Below the pieces are notes generated by a model. That model searched no databases. It was not told where the DNA came from and saw only the letters and a program-made list of their open reading frames with translations. From an uncultured Candidatus Poseidoniales archaeon (GTDB lineage: Archaea > Thermoplasmatota > Poseidoniia > Poseidoniales > CAYMED01): DNA of 17,057 bases. Where the stretch lies: positions 3,452 to 20,508 of the forward strand of contig CAYMED010000027.1 in NCBI GenBank assembly GCA_964389655.1, read 5' to 3'. How positions within the stretch are numbered: the first letter of the stretch is position 1; the number at the start of each line of letters is the position of its first letter. Both the position numbers and the translations under genes were made by a program. Below, piece after piece: positions 1 through 7,454 of the stretch.

Positions 1-3000
1 GGAGTCCTGCAGCAGGGGGGGAATGGGGGCTAGGAGCCGGTGGAAGTGAGCCAGTTTGTGGCGGCGAAAGAGGAGGGAGTCCACCTAGTGCCCCTGAAGG
101 TAAGGGGGGTGGTGCATTTGATGCTGCTAGGATGGAAGCAATTTCAGAATCGCTCACACCTTCGTTTCCCGCCATACCAATTTGATTGGGTACGGAAAGG
201 GCCTCTCGGCGGCGAAAATCCTGATTTAATGGAACTGAAAAATCAACAAGTTCCTCTCCCTCATCCAAGTCAGGAGAGCGGAAGATGAAGAACAACAGCC
301 CACTCACAATGGCAAGGATTACTGCGACAATGCCAATTCCTGTAGGAGATGCAACACGCTCAGAAAAAGTCAATTCTGCTGAAGTCGCAGAAACACTGGA
401 GAGCGACATCGATGTTGAGCCATTGATTGACCAATCATTTCCCGAGGTATCCCAAGCATCGAAGAGCACGCTTGTAATTTTCAAATTAGGACTTGGGATG
501 ACAGAGACCATCAAATCAACTCGGTCCCCGGCCGCGAGATCAAATGTTTCTTGTTCGAATTGCACCATAATTGCCGAAGAGGCATTTGAAACAAGTCGGA
601 CAGTTGCAGGTTCTGATCCAATGTTCGAAACGGATAGTTTGACATCAATGCCAATTTCAGGATCTACGTCTGGAAATTGATCTCGGTCAAGTGAAAGGCT
701 CAAAATTGAGGCACCGATTGTTTTGAGACTAATCGAATCAAAAATGGATTCCGTCAGCAGAGAATCAATTTCAATTCCCAGAATTCCAGACGTACCCCCT
801 GCAAGATTATCAGGCGCCTTCAGTGTAATGGAAAAACCAATAGTTGCACCGGGTTCAATAGAAGATGGTGGTAAATTCGCAAATCCGATGCTCCAATTCG
901 CCGCAGAGTCCACACCAGATACATGAGGGGTGATCACGAGTTGATCAACAAGAACATTACCTGTATTTGTAAGCGTCCAATGTGTGTCTATTCGGCCACC
1001 AGAACCCACTTCAATCTCATCTGGATCATCCGGAACAAGGGAAAGAGATGCCCGAGGGAGAAGCCGCACCTCAATCACAAAGCCTGCCATTTCCACCCCA
1101 TCTAATTTCAAAGAGATAGACAATTCTGCCTCATCACCACCTCGCGCATCAGGGCCGGGATCCAAAATAAGATCAAACGTCCCATTTTCCGAAGAGTTAA
1201 CGAGAATTCCATTTCCTGTACTGGTGGATTCATCGACATAAAATCCCCAAGTTAAACGATCAATTGAGCAAGACACCGAAAGGTCAACTCGCTGATTTCC
1301 ATCATTGAAGATTTCCATTGTAAATACCTGAGATACACCTTCGACAAGGTTAATTGGATCGAGACCATCACCCCAGCCACCGGGTAAAATATCGCTATTT
1401 CCACTCGTCCGTAGGACTGACGTAAAAGAGGTCAATGGAAGAACTGTAAGGTTGTACGAAGGCGAGGCAAGGAGTATACCCGTGGTCCGACTTTTGACTG
1501 TACAATCCACTTTCTCAATATCACCTGCCGCTGGAAGCCCCGCACTCACTGCAGGAACGTAGACTGCTCCGATTAGCGGAAGAAAACCGTTAGGGCTGAT
1601 TGAAGCCAAATCCCGTACCACTTCCACATCGTCAGGGGTACTTGCAACGTGATCGACCACCCACCCCCTCGGAGTCATACAAGTCACCCGAAGATCAACA
1701 GGGGCGTTTCCTTCATTTTCCAAACTCATACGCAAATCTGTATTTGCGCGGGGGGCTGCTGCGATATCAGTGCCGCCGGGATAAGAGACTCGGATTGATT
1801 CTATCACCTCAACTTGGCTGACGAAGCGTAGATTATCCGATACTTTAGAGTCATTTTGGCTTGTAATTGTTACATCGACAACATAAGTGCCTGCCCGCGC
1901 ACGTATGGGAGGATCTGCGTTCAAATCAGCCAGTGTATCTTCGAGTATCACCTCAAATTCTTTTGAAGGGGTACTTCCACTTTCTTCGGAAAGCTCGATC
2001 TTGGTCAATCCCCCTACTATCGATGCAGACCAGCCGGATGATGCGGGAAATAACATCCCATCGCTTTCCCTCATACGCTGGACTTGACTGATTTCAATCA
2101 GACCAGTTTCAGGTGACGTGCCCTCATTCGAGAGGTGAATCTCCCAAGAGATTTTTGAATGGTTCATCGGGTCCAAAGGACGATTGAGAAGGCGAAACTC
2201 GTCTGCTGCGTCTATCGCCAGCGCATCTGTTTCAGGATCTTCAACATCTAAACGAAGGCCTACATCAGATACAAGAAAGTCAAAGAGGAAAACATTCGGG
2301 CCTGCACCTGATATTGCGTCTTCGGGCTCAGGAACTGCATCATTCGGATCAAGTGAAATGCGTAGTGTGTGCTGCCCAACTGTCGTAAATTTGTGGGTGA
2401 TAGACAACGTTCCTATTTTCCCTGAAGCGAGACTTGATTCAATGTGTTCATCAATCAGGATGGATTCGGTCACGTCCTCTATTTTTACGAGATGATTCCC
2501 CGCAGGACCATACCCCTCATTTGCCCACACAACCTGAATTGTTGTCCGCTCACCGCGTTGTGGCTGGGCTGGATAGAGGACCACGCCTCCCTCTCTGATT
2601 GAGAAATCAGGACGAGAATCAACAGAGCCGCGTGTAGAAGTAACTAGGGCATACTCAACATCTCCGCCTGCTGCACTGAGTACGCGAACAGTCCAGATGC
2701 CCGATTCAGCAGATGGAATGTAGATACGCTCGATTGTATTCAAGCGATCTGCGGAACCACTTGTGGAACTTTGCCCTGAAGAGAATACATTTCCAAGATA
2801 AACCAATCCTGAAGGAGATCGCACCACTAGGTCAAGGTCGTCTATCAAATGTGACGCATTTTGCGCGCCTAGGGAACTAGATGCAAGATCAGACCATGCA
2901 AGACTGACTTCAAAATCCGAGCCACCAGTTACTTGCCATCCATAAGCAAGAGATCTCCCTTCCAGCAAAGTGCTCTGATCGTCAACCCACGTCTCTAAGG

Positions 3001-4720
3001 GACCCATCCCATCTGATGGAGCGAGGCTTCCCAACAAATCTGCTCTACCCCAACCTTCAGCGGAATTTGGCACATCGGGCGCACCAATATCGGTAGCACC
3101 CTGTACGAGCATTGCACGCATTAGATCGCCACTTGGGGCACTGATACTCTGGTTATCAACCAAATACTGTCTTATCAAAGCCGACGCACCAGCGACTGCA
3201 GCTGCCGACATTGAAGAACCTGTCAAAACACCACCATGGGAGCTACCAGATGTATGTGTGGATCCACCAGTACAACTAGGAGCTGCTGGTGAAGCAAGTT
3301 CTTCGGCTCGGGACGAACACACAGAGGTACCAGGTGCAACGAGATCTGGTTTTATACGGCCATCTGCTGTTGGCCCTCTAGATGAAGAGGCCCATACGTC
3401 ATCTTGCACCGAACCACCTTCCGCAGTCGTAGACACGCCAATTGCAAGAGAATTCTTCGCGGTTGCAGGAGAAGTAATTCCATTTGAGGCATCATTCCCC
3501 GCTGAATAGATTACAAGCAAGTCTCGATTATTTCGTATAGCGGAATCAGTATCACTTGATTCAGTGGTGTAATTGCCATGATTTGATTTGGCGCCCCATG
3601 CGTTAAGATGGATGCGCGCGCCCCTATTCCTGGCATCTGTGTAAAGGTCTACTAGAGAATTCCAAGATGGGTCAAGTTCACCTTGTTTGGCATCATCTCC
3701 GACCTGGTAGAACCATATGTACGAGGAAGGGGCAAGCCCCAGAAGGGTGGAATTCGAATCACCCGTCCCTGCAATCATTCCGGCCATGTGCGTCCCATGG
3801 CCTGTAAACGAGTCCAACGAGGAAATATCAGGAGCATAGACATTCGATACAGACAATATTCGATCATCTAGATCGGGATGATCATCATCAACCCCCCCGT
3901 CTGCGATTGAAATCATCTGGCCAAGTCCAGTAAGCCCTGACGGCAATTGCGGGCTGGCAGGACGCACTCCCATTGCAAGCGCAACCTCTGAATTATGAGG
4001 CACAATCTGAAGAACGGGTGCAACCCATAACACACCGGGGTCATGTGCAAGTGCATGAATGGTGTTTGGAGAGACTGGATTCAGTAAACAAGTCGAGGTG
4101 CTGCAATGCTGCAGGGAAAGAAAAGGGCCTATGCGTTCAAGCGTATCGCTGAAGCGATCTTTGGCAAGCACAATTTGAACTTCTTGCGTAGTTGATGTAA
4201 ACCAAAGGTCAGGGTGTAGACGATCAGCTGGGCGAATGCCACCAGACCATATGACGCGAGGATCGCTATTCAGGTCAGTCAACAATGAGGGAAATGAGGC
4301 AATATCTGAAGCGCGCGTGATTAACAAATGGGATGGGCCCTCGTCGAGGATCGTCAAGCCGTAATCTTGCGCAAGAGAAAAGCCGGAAGATGCCCGTGTT
4401 GAGCGCGGGAGGACTGCAAGGAGGCCAGAGTCGTCGGCTGAAAGGTGAGAGGGGGCTGCTGGGCGAAATTCAGCAGATGAGTCCCACATTTGAGAACCAA
4501 GTGCCACCCATGGACTAGATTCAGCTTCTACTTCAGAGAGGCCTTCGTGCATTGGAGAAATCAGATGTATAGGTGAAAAAGAAACCTCTCCAACGGGACC
4601 CAAGGTGGCTTCATCAGAACGGGACACTGGCAGAGGCATGGTCACTGCAACAGCGATGCCCGCAAAGGGAAGCATGAGGATTGCAAATGCGAAGGCTATC
4701 CGCCCACTTTCACCTCTCAT
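1..4720 (-). CDS. Membrane-anchored S8 (subtilisin, KP-43-like) serine peptidase with CARDB and NEW3/COG1470-like Ig stalk; 3' end outside window (>1573 aa)
   Basis: Translated by hand; not in the ORF track because there is no stop before the window edge. ATG at 4720 (in-frame TGA upstream at 4750-4748). N-terminus MRGESGRIAFAFAILMLPFAGIAVAV is signal-like. Catalytic motifs: GQMISIADGGVD (Asp 3901-3899), GHGTHMAGMIAG (His 3799-3797), SAGND, SSRGPTADGRIKPDLVAPG, LTGSSMSAAAVAG (Ser 3214-3212), EGWGR. These are followed by a KP-43-type C-domain (SLAWSD...DDLDLVVRSP), a CARDB-like module (WANEG), five NxG(N/T/S) Ig modules, a TM helix GIGIVAVILAIVSGLLFFIF (340-281) and a Pro-rich tail. Confidence 0.93.
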   Translation of the reverse strand, partial: MRGESGRIAFAFAILMLPFAGIAVAVTMPLPVSRSDEATLGPVGEVSFSPIHLISPMHEGLSEVEAESSPWVALGSQMWDSSAEFRPAAPSHLSADDSGLLAVLPRSTRASSGFSLAQDYGLTILDEGPSHLLITRASDIASFPSLLTDLNSDPRVIWSGGIRPADRLHPDLWFTSTTQEVQIVLAKDRFSDTLERIGPFLSLQHCSTSTCLLNPVSPNTIHALAHDPGVLWVAPVLQIVPHNSEVALAMGVRPASPQLPSGLTGLGQMISIADGGVDDDHPDLDDRILSVSNVYAPDISSLDSFTGHGTHMAGMIAGTGDSNSTLLGLAPSSYIWFYQVGDDAKQGELDPSWNSLVDLYTDARNRGARIHLNAWGAKSNHGNYTTESSDTDSAIRNNRDLLVIYSAGNDASNGITSPATAKNSLAIGVSTTAEGGSVQDDVWASSSRGPTADGRIKPDLVAPGTSVCSSRAEELASPAAPSCTGGSTHTSGSSHGGVLTGSSMSAAAVAGASALIRQYLVDNQSISAPSGDLMRAMLVQGATDIGAPDVPNSAEGWGRADLLGSLAPSDGMGPLETWVDDQSTLLEGRSLAYGWQVTGGSDFEVSLAWSDLASSSLGAQNASHLIDDLDLVVRSPSGLVYLGNVFSSGQSSTSGSADRLNTIERIYIPSAESGIWTVRVLSAAGGDVEYALVTSTRGSVDSRPDFSIREGGVVLYPAQPQRGERTTIQVVWANEGYGPAGNHLVKIEDVTESILIDEHIESSLASGKIGTLSITHKFTTVGQHTLRISLDPNDAVPEPEDAISGAGPNVFLFDFLVSDVGLRLDVEDPETDALAIDAADEFRLLNRPLDPMNHSKISWEIHLSNEGTSPETGLIEISQVQRMRESDGMLFPASSGWSASIVGGLTKIELSEESGSTPSKEFEVILEDTLADLNADPPIRARAGTYVVDVTITSQNDSKVSDNLRFVSQVEVIESIRVSYPGGTDIAAAPRANTDLRMSLENEGNAPVDLRVTCMTPRGWVVDHVASTPDDVEVVRDLASISPNGFLPLIGAVYVPAVSAGLPAAGDIEKVDCTVKSRTTGILLASPSYNLTVLPLTSFTSVLRTSGNSDILPGGWGDGLDPINLVEGVSQVFTMEIFNDGNQRVDLSVSCSIDRLTWGFYVDESTSTGNGILVNSSENGTFDLILDPGPDARGGDEAELSISLKLDGVEMAGFVIEVRLLPRASLSLVPDDPDEIEVGSGGRIDTHWTLTNTGNVLVDQLVITPHVSGVDSAANWSIGFANLPPSSIEPGATIGFSITLKAPDNLAGGTSGILGIEIDSLLTESIFDSISLKTIGASILSLSLDRDQFPDVDPEIGIDVKLSVSNIGSEPATVRLVSNASSAIMVQFEQETFDLAAGDRVDLMVSVIPSPNLKITSVLFDAWDTSGNDWSINGSTSMSLSSVSATSAELTFSERVASPTGIGIVAVILAIVSGLLFFIFRSPDLDEGEELVDFSVPLNQDFRRREALSVPNQIGMAGNEGVSDSEIASILAASNAPPPLPSGALGGLPPLSPPQTGSLPPAPSPHSPPAAGL

Positions 4721-4727
4721 CAGGCCT

Positions 4728-4748
4728 AGGGGCTCATCGAGCCCTTTT
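4728..4748. other. Intergenic GC-rich hairpin
   Basis: GGGCTC-ATC-GAGCCC (4730-4744), followed by TTTT on the + strand. It lies between the gap stop and the S8 start. Function unknown. Confidence 0.45.
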
Positions 4749-4805
4749 CAGGATTGGGCGGAATCGATCACAAATTGCATCATTCAGATTAACACCTCAC
4801 TCGAC

Positions 4806-5852
4806 TCAGAGGTTGTAATATGCAGAAATAGAGGCATCGGTGCGCGCGACGGAGGCGCGCCAGTCTAATTCAGCACCCATCAAAGCACGGATTGCATCTA
4901 TATTTTCAGGTATCACATCACTTTCCTGATGAATCGCTTGGAAATAATGCAGTACATCACCTTGCAAACTTACCCCATCTTTCCAGACAAAGATTTCATG
5001 CAAGTCGCCCCACTTTCGCCCAATATCTCTTGCCAACTCCATCACTTCCGCAGTTGAAGTGATTCGTGTGCTTGCACCATCCATAGTGATCACGCGTGGC
5101 GTATTTGCCCACAAATCCAATACTGATTCTGTTGAAAGCCCATGCCCGGGTGGGAGATTCACAGTAATTGCATGGACGTGCATGATCGTAGTTGGAACTG
5201 CAACTGCAAGGCTAGTTATTTGGATATCGGGTTCAACCGTCATCAGATCTGGACCGTGATGACTTGGAACTTTCAACACAGGCTTTATCGCATTTATCGG
5301 ACCCCTAGATGAATCACCAGGGTCTGCAGCCCTCCGAATCATAACCGAATTTACTGAGATTTGCCCGCGTTCCCGCACTGAGTCATGTAATGGCACCAAT
5401 GTCCGAGATAATCCAGTGGTATTACAGGAAACAACTCTTGTACAATCTACGTCAACGTTCATGCTGTGATTTGCACTAGATGAATACGACCTCCCAGTGA
5501 GGGCATGTTCCTCACCACCTTGAAAGATATGCTTGATCCCCTTTTTGAGATATATTGCACGATTCTCGGCACCAAGGTGGCCTGGGGAACAATCAACAAC
5601 AATGTCGGATGCAGCTAATAAATCACTAATCCCACCTTGGCAGAAATATCCCTGCTCCGAGAAACGAGCAATGCGTTCAGAGTCATCTGAAGTGCAGTAG
5701 AGAGGGAACCCTTTTTTCACAGCAAGATCACAGCCAAAAGAGGGGCCAGTTTTTGTTACACCACAAACTTCCATGTCATCCTGAGCATCAACTGCATCAG
5801 CAACTCGTTTGCCGATTGTGCCGAACCCATTGATCGCAACTCGGATGGTCAT
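4806..5852 (-). CDS. gap: Glyceraldehyde-3-phosphate dehydrogenase, archaeal type II (phosphorylating)
   Basis: Motifs VAINGFGTIGKRVADAV, IFQGGE, catalytic RVVSCNTTGL, RRAADP, PSHHGPD, QAIHQESDVIPENIDAIRA. Start moved from 5897 to the ATG at 5852 (MTIRVAING), because the Rossmann motif normally begins within a few residues of the N-terminus. Confidence 0.96.
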   Translation of the reverse strand: MTIRVAINGFGTIGKRVADAVDAQDDMEVCGVTKTGPSFGCDLAVKKGFPLYCTSDDSERIARFSEQGYFCQGGISDLLAASDIVVDCSPGHLGAENRAIYLKKGIKHIFQGGEEHALTGRSYSSSANHSMNVDVDCTRVVSCNTTGLSRTLVPLHDSVRERGQISVNSVMIRRAADPGDSSRGPINAIKPVLKVPSHHGPDLMTVEPDIQITSLAVAVPTTIMHVHAITVNLPPGHGLSTESVLDLWANTPRVITMDGASTRITSTAEVMELARDIGRKWGDLHEIFVWKDGVSLQGDVLHYFQAIHQESDVIPENIDAIRALMGAELDWRASVARTDASISAYYNL

Positions 5853-5877
5853 CAAACCTGTGCCCAAATCTCTCGCG

Positions 5878-5890
5878 CATAATGCTTTCC
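5878..5890 (-). promoter_or_regulatory. Putative BRE/TATA promoter for a leaderless gap transcript
   Basis: The minus strand reads GGAAAG-C-ATTATG, with the TATA-like hexamer 31-26 nt upstream of ATG 5852 and no SD. This fits archaeal leaderless promoter geometry, but the TATA match is imperfect. Confidence 0.35.
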
Positions 5891-5951
5891 GAGCCATTTT
5901 CCAATCTGATAAGCAAAGAAATCATGAGGCAATGGCGGGCCCACTCATACA

Positions 5952-7445
5952 ATGCGGGAGGCCATAGAGCGTAGTGTTCGGCTAAATCGCCGGCTATTGC
6001 ACGGTGAACGGGGAATCGCTCTAGCGATCGAACAAGACCGTGCGCTCAAGATTGGGTGGCCAAATAATGAGCCTGCTCCCCGTAGCGGAGACCTCGGTTT
6101 TGCGCCAGCCCTTCCTGAAGGTCTTCGGCTTCGATACTTAGGGGAACCTGCCTCATTCGCCATCGCAGCAAACAATGGAGCAAATGTCAATATTGAGGGA
6201 GGAGGAGGCACGTGGCTGGGTGCTTGGCAGCGTCATGGGAGAATTCGTATTGAGGGTGATTCAGGCAAGGGACTCGCCCATGGTGCAACTGGCGGACACA
6301 TCATTGTTGAAGGCTCAGTAGGTGATGACGCTGGGACGAGGCTAGATGGAGGTATGGTACTCATTCGCGGTAATACTGGCAAGCGCATTGGGGCCGGCAT
6401 GTCATCTGGCCTGATTTTAGTGCAAGGAGACATCGGTGAAGATCCTGGGGCAATGATGACTGGTGGGCGGATCATTGTCGAAGGGAGGGCGCCTGTTGCG
6501 GGTTCAGGTGCACGGTCGCGTCCCTCTAAAGCCGCCGATAGAAAAGTTGCAGAGAAGGCATTTTCTGATTTAGGGATCACTGTGGACAAGGATGCTGTTG
6601 TTATTGAGGCAGATGGTGCAAGTCTCGCGGTGACTCAAGAAAGGCGCCCTGCGACTGGCGACTGGTCAACAATACAATTGGTTTCTGACCAAAAAGAACC
6701 CCTAGAAGGAAGGCGTTCTCTAGATCTGACTCGAGTTATGACATCATATGATGACGCAACACCACCGCTGGGCCTGCGTGCAGCACTTCTACTCTCTGAA
6801 GGGGATTCAAGTCCAGGTGCACCAAGCCTTGGGATCAAGAGGGATCAAATCCGGCGTCTTGATGCGAAAACATTCGCAGAACATCTCTGCAATCCCATTG
6901 CCACAGCAGGCCTCCTCATTGATATTGATGAGATGCCCGATCTTGATGACCAGGACCTTGACGGCATCCTAGCAGCATTGCTTTCAGTCCATGAGGTCTC
7001 GCCACCCCTCCTCATCATTGGAGGGTTAGCACGCGTGGATAGATTGGCTAGGATTGCCGAGCGAGTGCTACCGACTGCAATACTACTCAATTTTGAGCAT
7101 TCCGAGGGACGAACGGCCACCAGCGTACTCCCAATCTCGGGACGCTTAGGCGGACGTATACGTGAAACATCAGAAACCCCCCTCGGCCTATGCATACCTT
7201 GGGAGATCTGTGCAGATGATTTGCTAATTGCGGCCGCCACAGGTGCTGATTTCATATTGGGCACAACGGACATCGCTCTCGAAGAGCTCACTGCAAGTGC
7301 AAGAGGACGGCTCTTGAGCCTTGGAATTGATTCGATTGAGCAGTTGGGCCGTAGAAACCTACGCGCACTTGACCCCACGACTGCCGCTGTGAGTGGGTTG
7401 CGGCTGATCGGGTATGAACGGCCCCTCCCCGAATGGCTTGCTTGA
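5952..7445 (+). CDS. GXGXG (GltB3/FwdC-like) beta-helix fused to a degenerate FMN glutamate-synthase (GltB2-like) barrel
   Basis: N-terminal half has repeated GxxxxG-GxI-I-xG turns (GATGGHIIVEGSVGDDAG, GMSSGLILVQGDIG, MMTGGRIIVEG). C-terminal half retains GltB2 landmarks (DDLLIAAATGADF; LGIDSIEQLGRRNLRALDPTTAAVSGLRLIG) but lacks the cofactor-binding motifs. Confidence 0.8.
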   Translation: MREAIERSVRLNRRLLHGERGIALAIEQDRALKIGWPNNEPAPRSGDLGFAPALPEGLRLRYLGEPASFAIAANNGANVNIEGGGGTWLGAWQRHGRIRIEGDSGKGLAHGATGGHIIVEGSVGDDAGTRLDGGMVLIRGNTGKRIGAGMSSGLILVQGDIGEDPGAMMTGGRIIVEGRAPVAGSGARSRPSKAADRKVAEKAFSDLGITVDKDAVVIEADGASLAVTQERRPATGDWSTIQLVSDQKEPLEGRRSLDLTRVMTSYDDATPPLGLRAALLLSEGDSSPGAPSLGIKRDQIRRLDAKTFAEHLCNPIATAGLLIDIDEMPDLDDQDLDGILAALLSVHEVSPPLLIIGGLARVDRLARIAERVLPTAILLNFEHSEGRTATSVLPISGRLGGRIRETSETPLGLCIPWEICADDLLIAAATGADFILGTTDIALEELTASARGRLLSLGIDSIEQLGRRNLRALDPTTAAVSGLRLIGYERPLPEWLA

Positions 7446-7448
7446 GGA
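7444..7448 (+). promoter_or_regulatory. Shine-Dalgarno site for pheT
   Basis: GAGGA overlaps the upstream TGA stop and ends 6 nt before ATG 7455. Confidence 0.55.
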
Positions 7449-7454
7449 ATACTG

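Noticed and set aside
3892-3898. C7/G7 homopolymers (also 15-21 and 15182-15188) as phase-variation tracts
   Set aside because: They are short and in frame, explained by Gly/Pro codons, and an equal C7 run occurs in essential pheT (8102-8108).
4730-4748. Hairpin plus T4 as an intrinsic terminator
   Set aside because: The T-run is on the + strand while both flanking genes are on the - strand. Kept only as an unexplained hairpin.
40-4868. Many short + strand ORFs in the track (e.g. 285..680, 2184..2495, 4605..4868)
   Set aside because: They lie antisense to the continuous S8 peptidase frame and show no motifs of their own.
5853-5897. 15-aa N-terminal extension of GAPDH in the ORF track
   Set aside because: The family starts just before the VAING motif, and a promoter-like element lies inside the extension.
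5952-6510. GXGXG domain as formylmethanofuran dehydrogenase subunit C or evidence of methanogenesis
   Set aside because: No other fwd/fmd genes are present, and the fused C-terminal half resembles the glutamate synthase barrel.
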